The translations under genes were made by a program, and so were the position numbers. Below the pieces are notes generated by a model. That model was not told the DNA's origin. It searched no databases and saw only the letters and a program-made list of their open reading frames with translations. 64,000 bases of DNA from Candidatus Firestoneibacteriota bacterium (GTDB taxonomy: Bacteria; Oederibacteriota; D2-FULL-39-29; JBBTED01). The DNA is taken from the NCBI GenBank assembly GCA_038042445.1, contig JBBTED010000002.1:1-64000 (forward strand), given 5' to 3'. Shown piece after piece: positions 9,732 to 19,235 of the stretch; within the stretch, counting starts at the first letter, position 1; each line of letters begins with the position of its first letter.

Positions 9732-10817
9732 ATGAATATTCGGAGTTTTTTAAAAAAAATGCGGTTTGGATACAAATTAGCCCAAAATAAATTGAGTGGT
9801 AATTTAACTCCGTTTCTTCTACAGTTTTCTATAACAAATGCTTGTAATTTAAAATGTAAATATTGTTATGCGAAATACTATGAAAGAAAACAAAAGGATT
9901 TATCTAAAGACCAAATTTTTAAAATCATAGATGAAGTTTGGGCTTTAGGAACAATTAGAATCAATTTAGTTGGAGGCGAACCGCTTTTAAGAAAAGATAT
10001 TGGAGAAATTATTAACTATATAAAACAAAAAGGTATGGAATGCGCCCTAACAAGCAATGGATTACTTGTAGAGAAGAAAATAGATGAAATTAAAAGTTTA
10101 GACAACCTATGTTTAAGTTTAGATGGTGATAGAGAAGCGAATGACTATAACAGAGGTAAAGGAACTTATGATAAAATTATCTCTGCAATAGATATTGCCA
10201 AAAAACATAATATAAAAACACAGGTTTCATCTGTTTTAACTACTCAAACTATAAAATCATTGGATTCTTTTATTGATTTAGCAAAATCTAAAGGGTTTTT
10301 AATAGGATTTACCACTCCAATCAGCCAGACATCTTCTGGAGAAACAAAACCCATTGAAAATTCTGCCAAAGATGAAGAATTAAAACAGGGAATTAGAAAA
10401 CTAATACAGATAAAAGAAAAAGGCGGACCTGTATTATTCTCAAATGAATCATACATATATGCATTAAAATGGCCGTATGAATATACAAAAGATAAAATAA
10501 TTGGAGAAAAACCGGGTTTTAAAATTCCAAAATGCTATGCAGGTAGATATTGGGGAATTATTGATGTAAACGGAGATATTTATCCATGCCCTGCATTAGT
10601 AGATGTTATCCAACCCGCAAATTGTTTAGAATTAGGTTTTAAAAAAGCATGGAAAATCGCATCACAACATAACTGTTATACCTGTCATTTCCCCTGTAAT
10701 AATGAATTCAATTTTATGTTTGGGTTAAATTACAAGGTATTACTTAACTTATTCAAAAACTATCAACGCAGAATGCCCCGAAGTGTCATTCTGAGCGAAG
10801 TGAAGAATCTCAAATGA
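9732..10817 (+). CDS. Radical SAM protein with C-terminal SPASM/twitch-like Cys cluster
   Basis: ITNACNLKCKYC, GGEPLLR, TSNG, SLDG, CYAG...GDIYPC...CYTC. Confidence 0.9.
   Translation: MNIRSFLKKMRFGYKLAQNKLSGNLTPFLLQFSITNACNLKCKYCYAKYYERKQKDLSKDQIFKIIDEVWALGTIRINLVGGEPLLRKDIGEIINYIKQKGMECALTSNGLLVEKKIDEIKSLDNLCLSLDGDREANDYNRGKGTYDKIISAIDIAKKHNIKTQVSSVLTTQTIKSLDSFIDLAKSKGFLIGFTTPISQTSSGETKPIENSAKDEELKQGIRKLIQIKEKGGPVLFSNESYIYALKWPYEYTKDKIIGEKPGFKIPKCYAGRYWGIIDVNGDIYPCPALVDVIQPANCLELGFKKAWKIASQHNCYTCHFPCNNEFNFMFGLNYKVLLNLFKNYQRRMPRSVILSEVKNLK
10785..10811. repeat. Half CGTC-type repeat inside the 3' end of a radical SAM gene
   Basis: GTCATTCTGAGCGAAGTGAAGAATCTC, related to the 9558 arm; translated as VILSEVKNL. 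Confidence 0.75.
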
Positions 10818-12322
10818 AAATACTTCTTATTAAACCATATTTTACAATCAACACTGAAGATGCGCAGACTTATGGATTTTTTCCACCTATGGGATTAGCG
10901 TATATTGCCTCTGTATTGGAACAAAATAATTTTACAGTTAAAATTATTGATTGTCAGTTGCCGAATAAAAAAATCCGTATAAATAAAAATGTGGGTCTTG
11001 TCAAAATAGGTATAAGTGATAACGAAATAAAAAATATAATAAAAGAATTTGCACCGGATGTAATAGGTATATCAATCAATTTCACTTCTTTTGCTAAAGA
11101 TGCCCTAAACATTGCAAAACTTGCTAAAGCCACATCTCCTGAAACTATTGTAGTCATAGGTGGTGCTTATGCCACAATAGCTTATCAGGAAATTCTAAAA
11201 AATAGTTGCATAGATATAGCTGTATTAGGTGAAGGTGAAATAACATTTTTGGAATTAATAAAAAAAATACAAAATGAAGAATCGTATCTTAATATCCCCG
11301 GTATAGCACTTGCTAAAAATGAAGGCAAAATAATAACTACTCCTGCAAGAGAACCAATAAAAAATCTGGATGAACTCCCCTTCCCTTCTTACCATCTTTT
11401 AAAAATGGATAGATATATAAACCAACATGACAAAAATTTTGCATTTTACAAAGCGTATCCTGTTGGATTTATTATGTCAAGCAGAGGATGTCCATATAAT
11501 TGCATATTTTGTTCTACATCAAAATTTTTCAAAAAATACAGAGAACGTTCTGCGAAAAACGTTGTAGACGAAATAGAATTTCTTGTTGAAACATACAAAG
11601 TAAAAGAAATCCATTTTTTTGATGATTGTTTTAACGCAAACAGAAAAAGAACAGAATCAATATGTCAGGAGATAATAGACAGACAATTAAATATATATTG
11701 GCAGGTTGGTCAGGGAATGGCAATAAAAAATATAGATGAACCATTACTGCATCTTATGGTAAAAAGTGGATTATATAGGATTGGATTTTCTCTTGAGTCC
11801 GGCTCATACAATACATTAAAATATATACGAAAACCAATAGACTTAGAACATTCTTTGGAAGTAATAAATCTATGCAATAAACTTGGACTTTACACACACG
11901 GTAATTTTGTTATGGGATTTCCTTCAGAAACAAAAGAAGAACTTGATAAAACTATAAATTATATAATGAAATCAAATCTGGATTTTATAAATCTTACTAT
12001 ATGCCAACCACTTGCAGGCTCTGATTTGTATGACTCTTATAAAGAATCAAAATTGTTAGGCGAAAACGAACAACCAAAAGAAGGAAGCCACTATCTAAAC
12101 ACTCTTTATGATACTTTATATCTTAAAGCCAACGAATTAAATATACTCAGGAAAAATACTGTGCGAAAATTTTTGATAAAAAAAATCTTGCAGTCAATGA
12201 CTCCACAAGGATTTAAAATAGTAATTTATCCAAAAATAACTTCTATAGATAAAATTTTATTTTTCCTAAAAATAGCGTATAATACTTTGAAACTAATAAT
12301 TTTAAGAAAAAATATAGCATAG
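10814..12322 (+). CDS. B12-binding radical SAM protein
   Basis: PPMGLAYIAS, VIGGAYAT, GEGE, SSRGCPYNCIFC, ESGS. Confidence 0.92.
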   Translation: MKILLIKPYFTINTEDAQTYGFFPPMGLAYIASVLEQNNFTVKIIDCQLPNKKIRINKNVGLVKIGISDNEIKNIIKEFAPDVIGISINFTSFAKDALNIAKLAKATSPETIVVIGGAYATIAYQEILKNSCIDIAVLGEGEITFLELIKKIQNEESYLNIPGIALAKNEGKIITTPAREPIKNLDELPFPSYHLLKMDRYINQHDKNFAFYKAYPVGFIMSSRGCPYNCIFCSTSKFFKKYRERSAKNVVDEIEFLVETYKVKEIHFFDDCFNANRKRTESICQEIIDRQLNIYWQVGQGMAIKNIDEPLLHLMVKSGLYRIGFSLESGSYNTLKYIRKPIDLEHSLEVINLCNKLGLYTHGNFVMGFPSETKEELDKTINYIMKSNLDFINLTICQPLAGSDLYDSYKESKLLGENEQPKEGSHYLNTLYDTLYLKANELNILRKNTVRKFLIKKILQSMTPQGFKIVIYPKITSIDKILFFLKIAYNTLKLIILRKNIA

Positions 12323-12329
12323 ATTATGT

Positions 12330-13325
12330 ATGACAAAACTATATAAAAGATTATCTCTTGCATCAAAATATGTATTTAGAAATACTGCCTGCAACACTTT
12401 CCCATTACGATTAGGTATTGAAGTAACCAACAACTGCAATCTTGCCTGTTCAATGTGTCCAAGACAAAATATGACAAGAAAAATAGGCGATATGGATTTT
12501 GAACTTTTCAAAAACATAATTGATGAAGGAAAAAAATATTTAGAACTTGTATGTCTACAGGATGTTGGAGAACCTCTTATGAACAAAAACATATTTAGAA
12601 TGATTGAATATTGCAAATTAAATGATATACGAACATTGATTTCTACTAATGCTACTTTACTTGACAATAAAACTACAATAGAACTTTTAGATTCAGGTAT
12701 TGACTATATAATATTTGCTTTTGATGGAACAGAAAAGGAAACCTATGAGAATATAAGAATAGGGGCCAACTACAATAAAGTTATTGAAAATATCAAAGGT
12801 TTTCTGGCAGAAAAAACAAAAAGAAAAGCAAAAACATTCTGCACTTTACAATGTATATATATGGATAAAACAGAAAGAAAAATCAACGAATTTAGAAAAA
12901 TGTGGAATATTGACGGTGTAGATGCCATACGAATAAGACAAATCACATACGGAGTTGACTTAAATAATCCAGTCCAAAAAAAATATTCAAATATTAATTA
13001 TAAATTGCCCTGTTACTGGCTTTGGAGCGACCCGTATGTTAAATGGGACGGAACATTGGTTCCTTGCTGTCAGGATACGAATGCTATTTATCCACTTGGC
13101 AATACAAAGAATTCATCAATACAGGAACTATGGAATAACCAAAAAATGCAGGATTTACGAAAATTACACACAAAAGGTAAATACAATACCATAGATTTAT
13201 GCAAAAATTGTAATATGTATAAACCTATAACTCCGCTAATTTTAGGAAGCGCTATTTTCAATACTTTCAAATTGCAAAAATTGATACCAAAAATTGAAAG
13301 TATATTATGCAAATTAAGATACTAA
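12330..13325 (+). CDS. Radical SAM/SPASM(twitch) protein, BtrN-like
   Basis: EVTNNCNLACSMC, GEPL, STNA, PCYWLW, DGTLVPCCQD, CKNC. Confidence 0.9.
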   Translation: MTKLYKRLSLASKYVFRNTACNTFPLRLGIEVTNNCNLACSMCPRQNMTRKIGDMDFELFKNIIDEGKKYLELVCLQDVGEPLMNKNIFRMIEYCKLNDIRTLISTNATLLDNKTTIELLDSGIDYIIFAFDGTEKETYENIRIGANYNKVIENIKGFLAEKTKRKAKTFCTLQCIYMDKTERKINEFRKMWNIDGVDAIRIRQITYGVDLNNPVQKKYSNINYKLPCYWLWSDPYVKWDGTLVPCCQDTNAIYPLGNTKNSSIQELWNNQKMQDLRKLHTKGKYNTIDLCKNCNMYKPITPLILGSAIFNTFKLQKLIPKIESILCKLRY

Positions 13326-13336
13326 AAAAACAATCT

Positions 13337-13368
13337 GTCATTCCCGAATGTTTCTACCGGGAATCCAG
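13337..13368. repeat. Half CGTC-type (dRS3-like) repeat, intergenic
   Basis: GTCATTCCCG-AATGTTTCTAC-CGGGAATCCAG. Confidence 0.75.
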
Positions 13369-13397
13369 AGTCTTTTAAATAGTAATTAAATACTAAT

Positions 13398-14735
13398 ATG
13401 AAATTTTTACTTGTTACATCACAAAATAAGAATCTTGTAAAACTTTGGGCATGCCAGGAAACATCACATATAGGAAGTTTATTACCACCTGTAGATTTAT
13501 GCAGTATAGCCGCTTCTCTTCGTAAAAACGAACATATAGCAAAAATATCTGACTTAAGACTTTTCAAAAATCCATTATCCACCTATTCTGAAGAATTAAA
13601 ATCATTTAAACCAGATGCAATCATTATAAATATCAGCACTACCTCTGCAAATTATGATTATGAAATAATCAAAAATACTCCAAAAACTGTAAAAAAAATA
13701 GCTTTTGGAACACATAGTATTGCTATGCCTGAAGATTGTTTTAATAATGGAATTGATTATATTTTAACAGGTGACCCTGAAGTAGACATAATTGATTTAA
13801 TAAAAAACAATTTTAGTTCAAAAATGGTTTCAAATTATTTTAAAAATTTAGATGAATTGCCATTTCCCGCATTAGATTTAATTGATTTAGAAAAATATCA
13901 TACATTATACATAAAATCTGAAAGATTTTCTGTTCTACTTGGTAGTAGAGGATGTCACTACTCCTGTACATATTGTCTTATGCCAGAATTATTTGGAAAC
14001 AAAATCAGACTAAGAAGCATAAATAACATAGTGGATGAAATGCAATTAGACTTTGAAAAATACAAAATAACTGAATTTTTGTTTTTAGATGCAACTTTCA
14101 ATATTAATGAAGAAAGAATTTATAAACTATGTGAAGAAATTTTAAATAGGAATTTAGAGTCTTTAAAATGGTCTTGCAATATGAGAGTCACCCCTGTTTC
14201 TGAAAAACTATTAAGAATGATGAAAAAAGCAGGTTGCACAAGAATATATTATGGAGTAGAAGACATTGATTTACTTGAAGAAGTCCGAAAAAAAATAACA
14301 TTAGCTGAAATCAAAAATGCTTTTCATCTTACAAAAAATGCCGGAATTAAAACAGTTGCATTCATAATGCTTTTCCCAGATACAAATAACAACGAAAAAT
14401 CATACGTTTCAAAAATAGTATCACTATTAAAAGAAATCAAAACAGATTCCGTTCAATGCAATGTAGCAATTCCTTTTCCGGGAACTGCTATGCATAAAAA
14501 TTTTAAAACCAGCTTATCAAATGACTGGTCTACTTATGACCCAAATGGAGAAAAACTACCATATCAATCTTCAATAGATTTAATAAAAGCAAAAAAAGAT
14601 ATTTATATTAACTTTGCTATTTTAAATCCATATATTATAATAAAAACATTATTTGAAGTTAATTTAAAGGATTTATTTTTTATGATGAAAAAGTTTTTGA
14701 TTATGCTTGTTGAAAAATTTAAGACGTCATCCTGA
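13398..14735 (+). CDS. B12-binding radical SAM protein (HpnJ-like, divergent B12 domain)
   Basis: LPPVDL, FGTH, GDPE, DELPFPA, SRGCHYSCTYC, YGVE. Confidence 0.85.
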   Translation: MKFLLVTSQNKNLVKLWACQETSHIGSLLPPVDLCSIAASLRKNEHIAKISDLRLFKNPLSTYSEELKSFKPDAIIINISTTSANYDYEIIKNTPKTVKKIAFGTHSIAMPEDCFNNGIDYILTGDPEVDIIDLIKNNFSSKMVSNYFKNLDELPFPALDLIDLEKYHTLYIKSERFSVLLGSRGCHYSCTYCLMPELFGNKIRLRSINNIVDEMQLDFEKYKITEFLFLDATFNINEERIYKLCEEILNRNLESLKWSCNMRVTPVSEKLLRMMKKAGCTRIYYGVEDIDLLEEVRKKITLAEIKNAFHLTKNAGIKTVAFIMLFPDTNNNEKSYVSKIVSLLKEIKTDSVQCNVAIPFPGTAMHKNFKTSLSNDWSTYDPNGEKLPYQSSIDLIKAKKDIYINFAILNPYIIIKTLFEVNLKDLFFMMKKFLIMLVEKFKTSS

Positions 14736-14751
14736 ACTTGTTTCAGGATCT
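14725..14751. repeat. Half CGTC-type repeat supplying a TGA stop
   Basis: CGTCATCCTGAACTTGTTTCAGGATCT; same family as 42006 and the cargo of the 131-bp MITEs. Confidence 0.8.
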
Positions 14752-14760
14752 ACAAAAATT

Positions 14761-16152
14761 ATGAAAATATTACTTTTAAGCCCTCCATATTTGCCGGAAT
14801 ATATGCGCAATGCGCGATGTGATTTTGTATCATTATCCAAAACACAGTGGTATCCTATATGGCTTGGATATTGCGGCGCATTTTTAGAGAAAAATGGCTA
14901 TGAGGTAAAATTAATTGATGCACCAGCTTATGGTTTAAACCACACGCAAACAGAAGATATTATACTAAATTATAAACCTGACTGGCTTGTTGTGTATAGC
15001 TCAACTAAAAGTGAAGATAATGATATAAATTTCACAGAAAAACTTATGGACTTATTAAACATACCATCAGTTTTTGTAGGACCGTATGTATCAATAAATC
15101 CTGTCCGAATACTTGAAAAATCCAACAAAATACAATTTGCTATTAAAGGTGAATTTGAATATCCTGTTTTAGAGCTTTTAGAAAAAAAACCTATATCCCA
15201 GATTAAAAATTTAGCATACAAACAAGATTTGCAAATTATTCAAAATGAATTAAGACCCCTACTCTCCAGAAAAGAATTAGACAAAATACCTTTTCTAACA
15301 GCTTTTTTTAAAAAACATCTGGATTTTAAATTTTACAAAACTCCATCTGAATATTATCCATTTATAGACTTAATGACAGGAAGAGGATGTATCTGGGGGC
15401 TTTGCACTTTCTGTTTATGGGTCCATTCATTCATAACAGGTAAAACATATAACACACGATCAATAGAAAATGTCCTTGAAGAATTTAACTTCGTTGTTCA
15501 AGAATTACCTGAAGTTCGTTCAATTATGATTCAAGATGACACTCTATCTGAAGAACGGGCAACAGAATTATCAGAAGGCCTGTTAAAATCAAATATAAAA
15601 ATATCATGGTCATGTTATGCAAGAGCAAATATGAATTATGAAACATTAAAACTTATGAAAAAAGCAGGGTGCAGAAACTTACATGTAGGATATGAATCTA
15701 TAAGTGACAATGTATTAAAAAACATAAAAAAAGGCATTACTGTTGAAAAAATGGAAAGATTTACAGCAGATGCCAAAAAAGCAGGCTTAAGAATACATGC
15801 AGATTTTATGCTTGGACTTCCTGGAGAAACAAAAGAAAGCACACTAAAATTAATTAACTGGGCAAAAAAAATAAATCCACATACAGCACAATTTCAATTG
15901 ATAAATCCTTACGAAATAACACCACTTTACCAGTATCTAAAAGATAATAATTATTTCAACAAAAATGGAGAACCAAATTATCCTGATTTATCAACTGAAG
16001 AAATAAGAAAATTAGGAAAACTTGCATACAGAAAATTCTATTTAAGCTTTAACCATCTCAAAAAAGTCATCTCCTCTCCCTATGAACACTTTTTTGGAAG
16101 ATTAGATACAATTTCAAGAGCCATACCAGCAATATTCTGGAAAAAATGGTGA
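14761..16152 (+). CDS. B12-binding radical SAM protein, HpnJ-like
   Basis: MKILLLSPP start; RNARC...QWYPIWL, GEFE, TGRGCIWGLCTFCLW (Cx4Cx2C), VGYES. The track's 14707 start is an extension through the repeat. Confidence 0.88.
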   Translation: MKILLLSPPYLPEYMRNARCDFVSLSKTQWYPIWLGYCGAFLEKNGYEVKLIDAPAYGLNHTQTEDIILNYKPDWLVVYSSTKSEDNDINFTEKLMDLLNIPSVFVGPYVSINPVRILEKSNKIQFAIKGEFEYPVLELLEKKPISQIKNLAYKQDLQIIQNELRPLLSRKELDKIPFLTAFFKKHLDFKFYKTPSEYYPFIDLMTGRGCIWGLCTFCLWVHSFITGKTYNTRSIENVLEEFNFVVQELPEVRSIMIQDDTLSEERATELSEGLLKSNIKISWSCYARANMNYETLKLMKKAGCRNLHVGYESISDNVLKNIKKGITVEKMERFTADAKKAGLRIHADFMLGLPGETKESTLKLINWAKKINPHTAQFQLINPYEITPLYQYLKDNNYFNKNGEPNYPDLSTEEIRKLGKLAYRKFYLSFNHLKKVISSPYEHFFGRLDTISRAIPAIFWKKW

Positions 16153-16186
16153 TTATAGGTTATCCAACAATTTTACATTTCACTCT

Positions 16187-16250
16187 GTAGTCGCAGGCTT
16201 TAGCTTGCGGTTTTTTTGCAATTTTTCCGCAGGCTAAAGCCTGCGATTAC
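16187..16250. repeat. GTAG-type REP doublet at a convergent gene junction (possible terminator)
   Basis: GTAGTCGCAGGCTTTAGCTTGCG...CGCAGGCTAAAGCCTGCGATTAC. Confidence 0.85.
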
Positions 16251-17190
16251 CAAACACACTCGTCATGATTTTCTTTAAAAGCGCAAATGATGATATTTTT
16301 CTTGATTGCTGTATAACAATCCTTTTCTCAAACATTTTATTTGAATTTAAAAAAGCCTCTTTTTTGGCATTGAATACAATTCTGCCCTTGCCTCTTAATG
16401 TATAAATAATAAATGTCCAGATAACAAATATTAGATGTAATGGATATACAATTAAAAATAATGCTAAAGGTATATCTTTTATAAGCACATATTCCTGATT
16501 TCTTTGCACTAAATAAATAAATAAATCGCTACCTATTTTAAAAGTAGTGCCAAGCCTATGGTAAACTATTGCATCTGGAACATACAAACATTTGTATCCT
16601 CTCAGTTGCAATCTCAAGGACAAATCTATATCTTCATAATACCCAAAAAAATCCTCATCAAAAAACCCCACCTCTTCCAATATTTGTTTTCTATATATAG
16701 AAGCACATCCACTTGCAGATAAAACTTCTTCTAATTTATTATAATTATCTTTATTTTTATTATGCCCGCGTTTTTTGCCATAGCCAAAAATTGAAAAATT
16801 ATCTCCTGCAGTATCAATTATGTTTTTTCTATTGTAAAATAAGATTTTTGATGTGCAAGATGCAACACCAGGATATTTTTGAATCGTTTTATGTAAATTT
16901 TCAAGCCAGTATTTGTCAGCAACTGCATCATTATTAAGCAAAGCAATAAATTCACCTTGAGCAACTTTTAATGCTTCATTATTCGCCTTTGCAAACCCGA
17001 TTTTTTCAGTAAATTTGATTAGCTTTATTTCAGGAAATTTTTCAGATATATATTCTGACGACAAATCAGTAGACCCATTATCCACAACTATTATTTCAAC
17101 ATTCTCATTTAAACTCTGATTGAGTAATGAATTTAAACATTCCTCTATAATCTCTCTGCCATTTGCATTAACCACTACTACACTTATCAT
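16234..17190 (-). CDS. GT2 glycosyltransferase (rhamnosyltransferase/WbbL-like)
   Basis: VVDNGSTD, GFAKANN, LLNNDA, GFFDEDFFGYYEDIDL. Confidence 0.9.
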   Translation of the reverse strand: MISVVVVNANGREIIEECLNSLLNQSLNENVEIIVVDNGSTDLSSEYISEKFPEIKLIKFTEKIGFAKANNEALKVAQGEFIALLNNDAVADKYWLENLHKTIQKYPGVASCTSKILFYNRKNIIDTAGDNFSIFGYGKKRGHNKNKDNYNKLEEVLSASGCASIYRKQILEEVGFFDEDFFGYYEDIDLSLRLQLRGYKCLYVPDAIVYHRLGTTFKIGSDLFIYLVQRNQEYVLIKDIPLALFLIVYPLHLIFVIWTFIIYTLRGKGRIVFNAKKEAFLNSNKMFEKRIVIQQSRKISSFALLKKIMTSVFGNRRL

Positions 17191-17196
17191 TATAAA

Positions 17197-17225
17197 AGTT
17201 TATCATAGGCAAAATCGGATGTAAA
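17197..17225 (-). promoter_or_regulatory. Promoter of the GT2 gene, probably leaderless
   Basis: Minus strand TTTACA-17 bp-TAAACT with TGn extension; only 6 nt separate the -10 from the ATG. Confidence 0.55.
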
Positions 17226-17235
17226 GGATTGACTT

Positions 17236-17366
17236 CAGAAATTCCCCAAAATGGTATTTTTGCAGTTTTGTCATGCTGAATTTATTTCAGCATCTAATAA
17301 AGTCAAGGGGTTTTAAGACCCTGAAACAAGTTCAGGGTGACAAAAAGTCTATTTGGGGAATTTCTG
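17236..17366. mobile_element. 131-bp MITE, copy 1
   Basis: TIR CAGAAATTCCCCAAA / TTTGGGGAATTTCTG; perfect 9-bp TSD GATTGACTT; internal CGTC-type palindrome at 17270-17341. Confidence 0.92.
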
Positions 17367-17368
17367 GA

Positions 17369-17398
17369 TTGACTTTTTCAATATTCATCTGCTATAAT
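17369..17398 (+). promoter_or_regulatory. sigma70-type promoter of the pst operon
   Basis: TTGACT-18 bp-TATAAT with TGn extension (TGCTATAAT). Confidence 0.7.
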
Positions 17399-17470
17399 TT
17401 AGCATCTTAAAAATCATACAATCAATTAGCTTTTAAATAACATATTCAAATTGTAAAATTGGAGGAAATG

Positions 17471-18352
17471 ATGCGTAAAAATTTATATGCAACAGCAGTT
17501 TTTATAATTTCATTCGCCATAATGGTGAATGGTTGTAGCAGAAATAATACAGGAACACAAACAAAACCTGCAATTCAGATAAAGGGTTCTGACACAATGG
17601 TGAATTTAGGACAGGCATGGGCGGAAGAATTCACAAAATTACATCCTGAAGTAAATATAGCTGTTACTGGAGGAGGCTCTGGAACAGGAATTGCGGGTTT
17701 GCTAAATGGAACCTGTGACATTGCGGAATCATCAAGAGATGTTGAAGATAAAGAAATTACACTTGGAAAAGAAAAAGGAATAAATTTTGCTAAGCATACT
17801 GTTGGACTTGATGGATTAGCTGTAGTTGTTCATCCATTAAATCCAGTCACAAATCTAACTTTAGATGAATTACGCGCCATATTTATAGGAGAAATAACAA
17901 ACTGGAAAAATCTAGGTGGCAAAGATTCTAAAATTGTTGTTCTCTCAAGAGAAGTTAATTCTGGAACTCATGTTTTCTTTAAAGAACATGTTTTAAGAAA
18001 AGGAAAGTCGAAAAGCGAAGAATTTGCACCCTCTGCACTTTTAATGCCATCATCACAAGCAATAGCCGACGAAATCACACAAAACCCAAATGCAATAGGT
18101 TATTATGGAATGGGATATATTTCAGAAAAACAAAAAGCTATACATATTGCAAAGGATAAAAAATCTCTATATATTACTCCTACTAAGGAAAATGTTATTA
18201 ATAATAAATATCCTATTTCAAGACCTCTTTTTATGTTTACTAATGGCGAACCAAAAGAAGCAATTAAAAATTTTATGGATTTTGCTCTTTCCGAACAAGG
18301 ACAGGCAATAGTGGAAAAAGTTGAATTTGTTCCGGTAAAACAAAAAAAATAA
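17471..18352 (+). CDS. pstS: Phosphate ABC transporter substrate-binding lipoprotein
   Basis: GGAGG SD; lipobox-like VNGC; IKGSDT, GGGSGTG, SSR, SGT, YPISRPLF. Confidence 0.95.
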   Translation: MRKNLYATAVFIISFAIMVNGCSRNNTGTQTKPAIQIKGSDTMVNLGQAWAEEFTKLHPEVNIAVTGGGSGTGIAGLLNGTCDIAESSRDVEDKEITLGKEKGINFAKHTVGLDGLAVVVHPLNPVTNLTLDELRAIFIGEITNWKNLGGKDSKIVVLSREVNSGTHVFFKEHVLRKGKSKSEEFAPSALLMPSSQAIADEITQNPNAIGYYGMGYISEKQKAIHIAKDKKSLYITPTKENVINNKYPISRPLFMFTNGEPKEAIKNFMDFALSEQGQAIVEKVEFVPVKQKK

Positions 18353-18359
18353 TTCTTTC

Positions 18360-19235
18360 GTGAAACTTGATAAAAAAATAAAAGAATTTACAATAGAAAA
18401 TCTGATTTTTATTTCTGGGATACTTACAATAATATTTGTTGTTTTGATTTTTATATTTTTGTTCAAAGAAGGTATTTTGTTTCTTAAAGTTTATCCTATA
18501 ATAGATTTTCTTTTTGGGAAATTATGGTATCCAATTTCAGACCCTGCTAAATTCGGAATTTTGCCTTTAATCTTAGGTTCCTTGCTTGTAACACTCGGTG
18601 CTACAGTCATATCTGTTCCTTTAGGAATTGCATCCGCCTTTTATATATCAGAAATAGCTCCAGGAAAATTAAGAGACATTTTAAAGTATCTAATTGAATT
18701 GCTTGCTGCTATTCCAAGTGTAGTAATTGGATTTGTAGGAATGATTACTTTAATACCATTAATAAAAAACATCTTTCATATACCAACAGGATTAACTGCA
18801 CTATCCGGAAGTATAACATTGGCATTTATGGCTATTCCAACTATTGTATCTATTGCTGAAGATGCCATAACATCTGTTCCAAAAAGCTATAGAGAAGCAA
18901 GTATTGCACTCGGAGCAACTAAATGGCAGACAATGTATAGAGTAACAATCAGAGCTGCTTTACCTGGCATTATAGCTGCAATAATGCTTGGAATAGGAAG
19001 AGTTATAGGTGAAACAATGGCAGTTATGATGATAACAGGTAATTCTGCTGTAATTCCCCAAACCTTTTTACAACCAATTAGAACTATGACAGCAACAATT
19101 GCAGCTGAAATGGGAGAAACTGTACGAGGAAGCAATCACTACTACGCTTTATTTGCTATAGGTGTAGTTTTATTTGCAATAACTTTTGTAATAAACTTTC
19201 TTGCAGACACTTTTCTCAATAAAGTAAAAAAATGA
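18360..19235 (+). CDS. pstC: Phosphate ABC transporter permease
   Basis: ELLAAIPSVVIG, EASIALGATKWQT, GRVIGETMAV. Confidence 0.95.
   Translation: MKLDKKIKEFTIENLIFISGILTIIFVVLIFIFLFKEGILFLKVYPIIDFLFGKLWYPISDPAKFGILPLILGSLLVTLGATVISVPLGIASAFYISEIAPGKLRDILKYLIELLAAIPSVVIGFVGMITLIPLIKNIFHIPTGLTALSGSITLAFMAIPTIVSIAEDAITSVPKSYREASIALGATKWQTMYRVTIRAALPGIIAAIMLGIGRVIGETMAVMMITGNSAVIPQTFLQPIRTMTATIAAEMGETVRGSNHYYALFAIGVVLFAITFVINFLADTFLNKVKK

Noticed and set aside
14707..14760. N-terminal extension MLKNLRRHPELVSGSTKI in the ORF track
   Set aside because: It is translation through a repeat; paralogues begin MKILL, matching the ATG at 14761.
1529..16152. RiPP biosynthetic cluster
   Set aside because: No precursor peptide, RRE/PqqD domain, peptidase or exporter is visible; the context is glycosyltransferases.
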